A stretch of 64,000 nucleotides of DNA from an uncultured Candidatus Saccharibacteria bacterium (GTDB taxonomy: Bacteria > Patescibacteriota > Saccharimonadia > Saccharimonadales > Saccharimonadaceae): positions 415 through 64,414 of the forward strand of contig CAYODP010000001.1 of assembly GCA_964402815.1 (NCBI GenBank). Direction: 5' to 3'. Below the pieces are notes generated by a model. The model made no database searches and was not told where the DNA came from. It saw only the letters and a list, made by a program, of their open reading frames with translations. Of this stretch, positions 37,158-45,079 are shown in pieces (the first letter of the stretch is position 1; each line of letters begins with the position of its first letter). The translations under genes were made by a program, and so were the position numbers.

Positions 37158-38096
37158 TTAAAAGACTTGCGGTTTCTGGCGACGGCGATGACGCGCGGCA
37201 AGAATAATCCAAAGAATAGCCAAAGCGAGTAAAACCAGGAGCGAAATCAGCAACCAGCTGGGGCAAAAGATGACAATGCGTTCTTCATTAACTTCACTAT
37301 CGAGGAAACGAATAGTCTGACGTACGCGATAAACGCCAAGGCGGGGTGAATTTTCCCAAGTGATGACGTTTTGGCGCGAGGTGCCGGGTAGAATGACCGT
37401 ACTGGACGAGCCAATATTAGCGCTGCTAGAATCTCGAGTGTCAGGATTGATGATTTCCTCGCCAGTGAGTAAGTTGGTAATGGTAACAGCATGATAAACT
37501 TTGAAATCAACATTACCGGTATTGTAAGTAGTCTCGGAAATCTGGAGGTCACCATCAATAATAAAACCCGGAATGAGCTGTTCAACAACTTCTCCAGACG
37601 GATTAATCTCCGCGCCATTGATGCGACCATAAAGAATGCTGGCAACTTGCGAAATCACCTGCAAAGACGAGCCTTCTTGTTTGCTATCTTCAGTACGTGC
37701 CATAATTGCGGCGTATTGGCCACCACCTACGACATCTTCGGGGACGTGGACAGTATAGCTGACATCTACTGAAGTATCGGGCTCAAGATAGTAAGATTCT
37801 TCGGCAAAAGTAATCCAGCTAGACAGGCGGGTGTAGATATTCTCGGTCGAAAAATCTGGATCGTAAGTTTCGCTATCAACTTGAAAAGGCATGGCGGACA
37901 TTTTGGCGGTGAAAGGTTTTTTACCGTTGTTGGCAAGCTTTACGGTACCGGAATATTCTTGGCCAGGATTGAGCTCGATAGTCTGAGTGGCTGGGTAAAT
38001 GGTCATCACAATATCGTCATCGCTAGATGCCGAAGCAGGTTGGGCAAAACTGCCCAACCCAAGCAAGAATGTCAAAATAATAAGAAACTTTTTCAT
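37158..38096 (-). CDS. DUF916/DUF3324-like membrane-anchored surface protein, copy 1
   Basis: Signal peptide MKKFLII..., IYPATQTIELNPGQEYSGTVKLANNG, GGQYAAIM, NTGNVDF, C-terminal TM and RHRRRQK tail. Confidence 0.75.
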   Translation of the reverse strand: MKKFLIILTFLLGLGSFAQPASASSDDDIVMTIYPATQTIELNPGQEYSGTVKLANNGKKPFTAKMSAMPFQVDSETYDPDFSTENIYTRLSSWITFAEESYYLEPDTSVDVSYTVHVPEDVVGGGQYAAIMARTEDSKQEGSSLQVISQVASILYGRINGAEINPSGEVVEQLIPGFIIDGDLQISETTYNTGNVDFKVYHAVTITNLLTGEEIINPDTRDSSSANIGSSSTVILPGTSRQNVITWENSPRLGVYRVRQTIRFLDSEVNEERIVIFCPSWLLISLLVLLALAILWIILAARHRRRQKPQVF

Positions 38097-38097
38097 C

Positions 38098-38631
38098 CTA
38101 AGGCGCAACTGCAGCGGTTACAGTAATATCAGTGGAGTAAGAACCGGCTGGAAGGATAGGAGAGATACGAACACCAACGTTAAAATCGGTTACACTACCA
38201 CCGTTCTCACTCGGCGCAGCGCTCGTATAGAAGACAGCTGGGGCTGTACCGATGGCAGTATAAGCAGATTCGCCAATTTTCTGAATGCCCCAGGTATTAT
38301 TAACGGTGGCGTCGCCAGCGTTAATGGTATCGGTGATATCGGCAGCACTCAACGCAGGCTGTTCGGCACTGAGCGAGATGGTATATTTGCTACCAGACGA
38401 AACCGTGGCCGAAAGTGTGCCGTTGGCAATGTCAGAGGGCTTAGCGGTAATCTCGGTAGCGCTAACGTTAGAAAGAGTGAGCGCATTCTCCACAGTAAGA
38501 CTAAACTTAGTCCGACCAGTGACAGGAGCGACGTCTGCAGCCGAAACATTAGAAGTAATTGTGGTGAGTGTTACCGCAAGTGCTACTAAAAGGCTGCCTG
38601 ATACGAAAAGTTTTTTGACGATACTTTCCAT
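38098..38631 (-). CDS. Small secreted WxL/pilin-like beta-sandwich protein
   Basis: Signal peptide; Ser/Thr/Val-rich alternating beta pattern; NTWGIQK; ends AGSYSTDITVTAAV. Confidence 0.75.
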   Translation of the reverse strand: MESIVKKLFVSGSLLVALAVTLTTITSNVSAADVAPVTGRTKFSLTVENALTLSNVSATEITAKPSDIANGTLSATVSSGSKYTISLSAEQPALSAADITDTINAGDATVNNTWGIQKIGESAYTAIGTAPAVFYTSAAPSENGGSVTDFNVGVRISPILPAGSYSTDITVTAAVAP

Positions 38632-38785
38632 AATATTAATATCCTATTATTTGTTTCTATTTATTATTTTGACCTTATGTAGTTTTATTGTACTAAACAC
38701 TCATGGTTTTGGCAAGAGGTTTTGGCGATTTTTATGGAAAATTTTGGACTGATAGAGATTGTGAGTAGGATTCACAATTTTGCTA

Positions 38786-38814
38786 TTGACAAAATGCTTA
38801 TGGTATGCTAGAAT
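38786..38814 (+). promoter_or_regulatory. Consensus promoter with no clear downstream CDS
   Basis: TTGACA-17 nt-(TGC)TAGAAT. Confidence 0.65.
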
Positions 38815-38996
38815 GTAGACATAGCTCTGCTAACGAGTGTTGTGTTGATTTTGTTATTCCCTATTTAGAGGTAACAGATAGTCTATATATTAAGTTTAAA
38901 TATGGTTACGTAGGAGCTGCTTACATTGTTTATACTGGCGGGCTTGGGCGCCTTTGGTTTATGGGATTGAGCCTTTCTTCATGTGAAAGTTCAATA

Positions 38997-39026
38997 AAAA
39001 AATAAGCTCCATTGGGGCTTGTTTTC
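38997..39026. terminator. Bidirectional terminator just outside the left att site
   Basis: AAAAAAATAAGCTCC-ATT-GGGGCTTGTTTT; on the minus strand it follows the duplicated tRNA 3' end. Confidence 0.65.
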
Positions 39027-39027
39027 G

Positions 39028-39043
39028 TTTGGTGCGCCCAACT
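39028..39043. repeat. Left attachment site (duplicated tRNA-Leu 3' end)
   Basis: TTTGGTGCGCCCAACT is 14/16 identical to TTTGGTGTGCCCGACT at 50693-50708. Confidence 0.75.
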
Positions 39044-39111
39044 TCGTCAGGTTATTACCACGTTTAAGGAGGGCTAGTTGTATTATTGGAACTTTATGAT
39101 ATAATGTTGAT

Positions 39112-39963
39112 ATGATAGAGTTTTGGGGCTTCATTAGAGATACTTTCTTATTGAAAGCATGGTTTACGCCACTCGCACTGATTATTGGCGGTATATGGGC
39201 ACTGTTCCTTTTTCGGTCATCAAATAAGCATGAACGTGATAATAACGAATTGCTAAATCAACCTAGGTTTAAGTTCTTCGACTCAATGAATTGTCATAGC
39301 GAGATTAAACGATCGTGCGATACGCCAGAAAGCACCTGTCGACCAATGCCAGATTGTTGTTGTAATCCAGAGTGTGATAAAGTTCATTGGTTCGATATAA
39401 AAAATGATGGTAATTTTCCTGCAGAGCAGATTACTATTTCGATGGTCTTAGAAGGTGAGAAGGACTTTAGAGCTAAATTAGCCGAGAGAGTAATGGGTGT
39501 TAAGCACCTACAAGCGCAGGAGTCCTTACAATACAGTATAAATGCCAGTAGTCTCCCTTCTATATTCTATAACGCAAAAGCCATAGGATACAACTATCGT
39601 TTCTATGTTTTGTTGCAGTATCGTTCTGGCTACTCGAAGTACTGGTACAGACGAGTTTATCAGATTGACGCGAGCAAAATATCTAGAGAGATACAGTCGG
39701 AAAGATATGACGGTAAAGACGCGCCAAAGTCAGTATGGGCACGAGGAATAGAATTTTATGGCATGAGCGAGCAAGATTGCAAATGTCAAAAAGATGTTTC
39801 TATACTACGGGGTTTTGGCGCATATAGAAAAAGAAGACAGCAAGATACAATAGAGCAGTATGCTAATAATTGGGTTAATGATTTCTATGAAGTAAGTAAA
39901 CTCGGACATCTTATCGGTCGCATAGGGCGAAGATTCTCTCGACATAAGTGGTGGATGCTTTAA
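39112..39963 (+). CDS. Hypothetical protein with N-terminal TM and Cys-rich segment
   Basis: 283 aa; TATAAT 6 nt before the ATG; CH..KRSC..PESTC..MPDCCCNPEC cluster. Confidence 0.75.
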   Translation: MIEFWGFIRDTFLLKAWFTPLALIIGGIWALFLFRSSNKHERDNNELLNQPRFKFFDSMNCHSEIKRSCDTPESTCRPMPDCCCNPECDKVHWFDIKNDGNFPAEQITISMVLEGEKDFRAKLAERVMGVKHLQAQESLQYSINASSLPSIFYNAKAIGYNYRFYVLLQYRSGYSKYWYRRVYQIDASKISREIQSERYDGKDAPKSVWARGIEFYGMSEQDCKCQKDVSILRGFGAYRKRRQQDTIEQYANNWVNDFYEVSKLGHLIGRIGRRFSRHKWWML

Positions 39964-39987
39964 TCCAGCACTGAGGCGGTACAACAT

Positions 39988-41376
39988 ATGCCATGCAAAA
40001 TAGATTTAACTGGCCAGAAAGCTGGAACTCTAACTGCTAAAGAGTATATTGGTAATAGTAAATGGCGGTGCATCTGTAATGTGTGCGGAAACGAAGTAAT
40101 CATAAATACTGATTGGTTTAGAAAACTTGATAGGCTTGGTAGGGGTGGGTGTAAACATGTTAAACCAGTATCAGTTGGTAATAGGTATGGCTACCTCACT
40201 GTCATTGGCTCAGCCGAGGATTATATTAAACCGAAATCTGGTGCTCATGAGCGACAATGGCTTTGTCAATGCGTATGCGGTAGAGAGAAAGTTATTCTCG
40301 AAGATAATCTCAAATCTAACAAAAGTATGACTTGCGGAATGTGTAGTACGCAAGTTTCTATTCCAGAGAAAGCGATACTTTTTTATTTAAGGAAGGTATT
40401 TAATGAAGTCATTGAAAATTATAGACCTGATTTTTTAGATGGCAGAGAGATTGACATATACATACCTGTAATCAAGCTGGGAGTTGAGTATGATGGCGAA
40501 AGGTGGCATTCTGACATTAATAAGGATCTTCGTAAAGATGAGGAGTGTAAGTTGCATGGGGTAAGAATAGTTAGGATTCGAGAGCCAAATTGCCCAATGA
40601 TGCCAGATGCAATTATTACACCTAAGCCAATCATGAATGGTAACCATATGACCGCACCAATAAAGACCCTCCTCGAAATAATCGAAAAAGATTATAAGAT
40701 AAAGACTTGTATAAATGTGGACTGTTGTAGAGATAATGCAGAAATCTGCAAAACTCTTACAGCTGGCACAAATAGCAGATCTTTAGCCGAACTTAGCCCT
40801 GATATTGCAAGAGAATGGGACTATGATAAAAATTACCCATTAACACCAAATGAAATAGCCAATCGAGCAGGTAGGAAAGTCTGGTGGCGTTGCTCTCAGG
40901 GGCATAGCTATAGCTCTGTCGTAGCTTCTCGAACAGGCAAAAATGCTTGTGGATGTCCAATCTGTGCTGGCGTGGGATCTAGTACTTATAAAAATGGGAA
41001 ATACCTAGGGGAGCATTCTCTCGCGAAAGAATGTCCTGACGTAGCCGCAGAATTTATGGAAGCAAAAAATGGAGTAACTGCAAGCAATATATCAGTATCA
41101 AGCAATAAGAAAATGTGGTTTAAGTGTTCAAAGTGCGGTCACGAATGGCAATCTAAAGTAAATAATAGGACTTCTTCAAACAAACAGGGATGTCCCATAT
41201 GCGGCAGAGAGAAAGTGAGGCTAAGCCGTTGTAATCCAGTTCTATGTATAGAAACGGGTGAGCTATATGAAAGCATAACGGATGCGCAGAGGAAAACTGG
41301 CATAAATAATATATCTGCTTGTTGTGGGGGACGACTAAATACTGCGGGTGGATATCATTGGAAATATGCCGATTAG
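39988..41376 (+). CDS. Multi-zinc-ribbon nuclease-like protein (Vsr/DUF559-like PD-(D/E)xK core, DUF4379-type repeats, NUMOD1-like tail)
   Basis: KIDLTG...KWRCICNVCG repeats; EIDIYIP..KLGVEYDGERWH; two SLA...P.IA.EW...VWW.C...H...RT...CPIC repeats; PVLCIETGELYESITDA...NISACC...TAGGYHW. Confidence 0.8.
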   Translation: MPCKIDLTGQKAGTLTAKEYIGNSKWRCICNVCGNEVIINTDWFRKLDRLGRGGCKHVKPVSVGNRYGYLTVIGSAEDYIKPKSGAHERQWLCQCVCGREKVILEDNLKSNKSMTCGMCSTQVSIPEKAILFYLRKVFNEVIENYRPDFLDGREIDIYIPVIKLGVEYDGERWHSDINKDLRKDEECKLHGVRIVRIREPNCPMMPDAIITPKPIMNGNHMTAPIKTLLEIIEKDYKIKTCINVDCCRDNAEICKTLTAGTNSRSLAELSPDIAREWDYDKNYPLTPNEIANRAGRKVWWRCSQGHSYSSVVASRTGKNACGCPICAGVGSSTYKNGKYLGEHSLAKECPDVAAEFMEAKNGVTASNISVSSNKKMWFKCSKCGHEWQSKVNNRTSSNKQGCPICGREKVRLSRCNPVLCIETGELYESITDAQRKTGINNISACCGGRLNTAGGYHWKYAD

Positions 41377-41403
41377 TGCTATTGTATTTTTACTTCGGCT
41401 ATT

Positions 41404-41715
41404 CTAATCTGTAATATGTAAGTAGTATTTCAAGTTTTCGCCCTTCCAATTATCTAATACCCACCCATGATATTCTTCCCATAACTCTGCATATAGTTTG
41501 CCATATTTATCGCCAAGTTTGGAACGAGGCTCACTATACCAATACCAGCATTTATGGTTAAGTACCATTGAGAGTTCTGTTCCATATATACGATTATCTT
41601 TCCACTCAGCTTTAGCTCTTTCGTAAGTATCTCGTATGGTTTCCACTCCGAAACGGTCAGCTATATCGAAGTCTTCCCAAAAGGTAGTCTGACACTCATA
41701 ATCTAACAAACGCAT
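41404..41715 (-). CDS. Hypothetical phage/MGE-type protein
   Basis: 103 aa, Trp/Tyr-rich (TTFWEDFDIADRFG...NHKCWYWY); overlaps the upstream gene's stop, as in an operon. Confidence 0.7.
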   Translation of the reverse strand: MRLLDYECQTTFWEDFDIADRFGVETIRDTYERAKAEWKDNRIYGTELSMVLNHKCWYWYSEPRSKLGDKYGKLYAELWEEYHGWVLDNWKGENLKYYLHITD

Positions 41716-41936
41716 TTCTTATACTTCCGCATAAAACTATCGACCGTACCATATTCTGTTTCAATATAGCGCTTATAAGTATCATAATTGAGCATAATAT
41801 CTCGGTATTCTCGGCTGGTAATGCCACAAGCCTTAATCGCTTTATAGGCTTCCATAATCATATTATATCTACCACTTCTACGAACTTCCTCGTACTTGTA
41901 AAAGTTAGGCTTCCAGTTCTCATTTATCAAAGTCAT
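41703..41936 (-). CDS. Small hypothetical protein (weak DUF5049-like V..SG.YNM motif)
   Basis: 77 aa; abuts its neighbours; motif YEEVRRSGRYNMI. Confidence 0.6.
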   Translation of the reverse strand: MTLINENWKPNFYKYEEVRRSGRYNMIMEAYKAIKACGITSREYRDIMLNYDTYKRYIETEYGTVDSFMRKYKKCVC

Positions 41937-42215
41937 CTAAGGTTCCACCTCACAATTACTCGACGTTCTCGTCCATATATGCTCGACAATCTCACCGTCA
42001 GCCCAAAGTTTATATTCCAATTGACTCAAGTAGTTCAGTCTATCTTCAAGACTTGGGAACATTGTATCGTCCACCATCACAAAGTGATGCTCTCCATCTG
42101 TACCTAGATATTTCATAACCGTAATTGACTTTGGAGATAAATGTTTCATAACAACAATTATTGTTAGAAATACGTAAAAAGTAAATGACAAAAATATAGC
42201 CTCTAAGTTCAACAC
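41937..42215 (-). CDS. Small hypothetical protein, paralog of 43618..43857
   Basis: SPKSITVMKYLGTDGEHHF matches SENSVTIMKYKSPDGVYDF; the true start may be the downstream Met (MKHLSP). Confidence 0.6.
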   Translation of the reverse strand: MLNLEAIFLSFTFYVFLTIIVVMKHLSPKSITVMKYLGTDGEHHFVMVDDTMFPSLEDRLNYLSQLEYKLWADGEIVEHIWTRTSSNCEVEP

Positions 42216-42285
42216 TTAAAGGCTGTTATTGCTCAGACTTAAAACTTTTCCACTAACTGCCGTTTAGCCGAGGTGGCGTTGTGAA

Positions 42286-42312
42286 CTAGCACTCACTATT
42301 GACGAGTGCTAT
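42286..42312. promoter_or_regulatory. CIRCE-like inverted repeat (HrcA operator consensus)
   Basis: CTAGCACTC-ACTATTGAC-GAGTGCTAT versus the consensus TTAGCACTC-N9-GAGTGCTAA: exact 9-nt spacer and 8/9 per arm. Confidence 0.7.
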
Positions 42313-42327
42313 AATGGGGGCTATAAT
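42299..42327 (+). promoter_or_regulatory. Sigma70 promoter overlapped by the CIRCE-like repeat
   Basis: TTGACG-17 nt-TATAAT; the ATG at 42334 lies at the expected transcription start. Confidence 0.75.
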
Positions 42328-42333
42328 GTGGAT

Positions 42334-42909
42334 ATGAATACCGATAGTTTAATTACTTTTTTCCAAAAAAAGATTGCCGAGATTGATAAGCTGAATGGCT
42401 TAGGTTTAGATAATGCGGAGTTTCAAAAATGGCATGCGGCTATATTGGCTACTTGCAAACGCATGGGCGGAGACTATGCGTCGAGATTTGACGAAATTAG
42501 CTATATGCCAGCAGTGTGGACTATTGATGGCGACAACAGTGAACTCTTTGCTTATGCATACGACAAAGGGCTATTAAGTGCAAAAGCGCTGCTTGAAGCT
42601 TTTGTAGAAGAACTTGAAACTTGGGGATACGATGGCGACTCCAAGGCAGAAAAATCAAAAGTCGCAAAGAGTCAACAACCAGCCGTTAACGTAAATGTCT
42701 CGCAAAATCAGACTCAATCTCAGTCCATATCCACCTCAATCAATCTTTCAGCCTACAATGAAGAAACGCAAGAAAAACTCAAGGAGCTTGCCGAGGAGAT
42801 TCGTAAACCAAATAATCGCAGCAAGGTCACTTCAATTATTAAATGGCTAGCAGACAAAAGTGCTGACGCGCTCATTGCCCTTCTGCCGACAATGATTAAA
42901 TTTGAGTAA
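42334..42909 (+). CDS. Hypothetical helical protein, first gene of a two-gene operon
   Basis: ORF track starts at GTG 42328, but ATG 42334 fits the promoter; Q/S/N-rich linker; its stop overlaps the next start. Confidence 0.75.
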   Translation: MNTDSLITFFQKKIAEIDKLNGLGLDNAEFQKWHAAILATCKRMGGDYASRFDEISYMPAVWTIDGDNSELFAYAYDKGLLSAKALLEAFVEELETWGYDGDSKAEKSKVAKSQQPAVNVNVSQNQTQSQSISTSINLSAYNEETQEKLKELAEEIRKPNNRSKVTSIIKWLADKSADALIALLPTMIKFE

Positions 42910-43582
42910 GTTACGCATGATAAGTGCTTCAATGAAACGCAGCCATGATAGTGACACAAATCAAACAAAAGAAAAACTACTAGATTTTGTATCTAAATCT
43001 ACAAAGAAAAGTGTTTGCCATGATGCTGACCAGCTCCTAGAGCTATATGACGCATATGATGCCGCCTATATAGCGGCTACTGAGTATTTTATCTACTATT
43101 GTATTATCGCCGCTCCAAGCGTAGCTGATTATTTCAATGCGGCAGACGGTGGTCGGACTTGGCAATTTATCGGTGATGCCATATTTGACGAGGGCGTAAA
43201 TGCTTTATGGCAGTTTTTTGATCGGAGCGGTTTAAATATAATTCAAAGATTCGATAGAGCTTTTGGTACAAAAATCGGTAATCTCATTCAAGATGAGAGA
43301 ATAAAGGAGCTTAAAGAATATCGTCATAAACGTGCCGCCCATCGTAACAAAAATATTCATGAGAAAACTAATATACGTTACGAAACACCAATTCACGTGT
43401 TAGACAAGTTAAGGGTGGTCAAAACGAAATTTGATAATGAGGCAGGTTTGGCTCAATCGATTTATATGCTTGATATCGAAAACTCATGCGTGATGAGGAT
43501 TGCTTGGATACTCAATGATCTAAAGATACCAGAGAATATGTCCGAAAAAATATTGAAAGAAATTCACGACTTATGTTCGTAA
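42902..43582 (+). CDS. HEPN-like protein (AbiU2-like)
   Basis: Helical 226 aa with ELKEYRHKRAAH (R-x5-H, at 43322-43342); upstream DEG..ALWQFFD pattern. Confidence 0.55.
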   Translation: MSKLRMISASMKRSHDSDTNQTKEKLLDFVSKSTKKSVCHDADQLLELYDAYDAAYIAATEYFIYYCIIAAPSVADYFNAADGGRTWQFIGDAIFDEGVNALWQFFDRSGLNIIQRFDRAFGTKIGNLIQDERIKELKEYRHKRAAHRNKNIHEKTNIRYETPIHVLDKLRVVKTKFDNEAGLAQSIYMLDIENSCVMRIAWILNDLKIPENMSEKILKEIHDLCS

Positions 43583-43617
43583 AGTAGATGTCTAAATATG
43601 CAATAGATAAGTGCTTA

Positions 43618-43857
43618 TCATAAATCAAATATCGGCAAAGTCTTAATCCATAAAACTTCGTAGCCCTCAGCCTCTATTCTCTGCTTCTCTTTAATCATAG
43701 CATCTAGCCGCTCCACCTCGTCCGCTACGTTCCACTTATCAAGACACTTGAAGTCATATACTCCATCTGGAGACTTATACTTCATAATAGTGACACTATT
43801 TTCGCTCGCTGGGTTCATGCTGTCTCCTCTCTTCCACTTTTCGTTTGTGTTCTTCAA
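43618..43857 (-). CDS. Small hypothetical protein, paralog of 41937..42215
   Basis: See paralog; probable start MNPASEN. Confidence 0.6.
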   Translation of the reverse strand: MKNTNEKWKRGDSMNPASENSVTIMKYKSPDGVYDFKCLDKWNVADEVERLDAMIKEKQRIEAEGYEVLWIKTLPIFDL

Positions 43858-44236
43858 ATCTTTTCTTGTCTAGTTGCCTAAACTGTTCCCAAACCACTCT
43901 TCGCTCATCGCCCTCCAATAACCTACTTCCGTCCATACTAACTTCAAAAACTGAGGAGCTATTGCTGTCGTGATCCATGCGACTAGACTGCTCGGCATAC
44001 AAAACGAGATGATTACCAACTTTCCCCAAAAAGTAATCAAACCCACCAAACATTCCCAGAATGGTAATATGCTGACCATTCTCCCATCCTAGCAAACTTT
44101 CGTCAATCTTTGGGAACTCAAAATCAGGGTTTTCATCTAAGTACTTGTCAAAGTCACAAAACTTACACCGTTCAATAATCAGCTTCCTAAAGTTTTGCTC
44201 TAGTTTATTCAAACTGTTTGTGTTATTTTCCGCCAT
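43796..44236 (-). CDS. Hypothetical protein
   Basis: 146 aa; GMFGGFDY...LYAEQSSR...FEVSMDGSRLL core followed by a charged helix. Confidence 0.7.
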   Translation of the reverse strand: MAENNTNSLNKLEQNFRKLIIERCKFCDFDKYLDENPDFEFPKIDESLLGWENGQHITILGMFGGFDYFLGKVGNHLVLYAEQSSRMDHDSNSSSVFEVSMDGSRLLEGDERRVVWEQFRQLDKKRFEEHKRKVEERRQHEPSERK

Positions 44237-44253
44237 GGTTTTCTAATCCTATT

Positions 44254-45033
44254 TTACCATCTCCCACAACTTAGACCATACTGAGCGCACTTTGCTTCGT
44301 CAAGAGCAAGACCAGCACTTACGACTGCCTCCCAAGTTATCGGTGCCGAACCCATACCGAGGCAGTCCATGGTATTATAGCCCTTCGAGTTGGCATAATT
44401 CATATACTGTTTTCCCATCGAGACATTCCATAAATCATCGCCTTGACCAGTAAATTTCGCAATGCCAAAGAAAGATTTTTCCTCAGCAACTACACATTGC
44501 CCATTCTCGTCCAGCGTCCAAAATGGATAGGACTTAGTGCCAGCCACATACTTATCATTGAGATTATAATCAGGCTTTTTAGCTGGTTGCGTAGGCTGAG
44601 ATGGTTGGCTTGGAGCGGAGGGCTGGCTGGGTTGAGAGGGCTGGGTAGTAGGAGTGCTTGGTTTAGAGGAGGAAGCATTACTTGACTGATTATTAAGAGC
44701 CGAACTATTATTTAGCTTTTGCGTAGTAGTCTGTGAGTTATTAGCCGTCGACTTACCATCTTCACCCGCCTGCTCGGTTTTGTTATTATCGTCCTCAGAC
44801 TCTACAGTCTCTCCAATTTGCGTATCTTTCTGCTCGAATGGGGAGTTGTCGTCATCGGAATTATTAGCGACAATTTGTGTCTCCTCGTGTGGCTGATTAG
44901 CATTTATAATTGCCACCGTTCCGGCAGTGCCGCCTGCCACGACCGCAACCGCTCCGACTCCAAGACCTACCTTTGCGGCGAGACTCGCACCCTTAATGGT
45001 AGTTATTATAGAGGTAAAACTTATCATATTCAT
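44254..45033 (-). CDS. Membrane-anchored low-complexity surface protein
   Basis: N-terminal Gly/Ala/Val TM, acidic/Ser/Asn-rich stalk, QPS repeats, Cys-containing C-terminal domain; AAGGAG RBS. Confidence 0.8.
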   Translation of the reverse strand: MNMISFTSIITTIKGASLAAKVGLGVGAVAVVAGGTAGTVAIINANQPHEETQIVANNSDDDNSPFEQKDTQIGETVESEDDNNKTEQAGEDGKSTANNSQTTTQKLNNSSALNNQSSNASSSKPSTPTTQPSQPSQPSAPSQPSQPTQPAKKPDYNLNDKYVAGTKSYPFWTLDENGQCVVAEEKSFFGIAKFTGQGDDLWNVSMGKQYMNYANSKGYNTMDCLGMGSAPITWEAVVSAGLALDEAKCAQYGLSCGRW

Positions 45034-45079
45034 ACTCCTTGCCTTGAATTATGGGACTTTTGCGGAAAAATATAAACCC

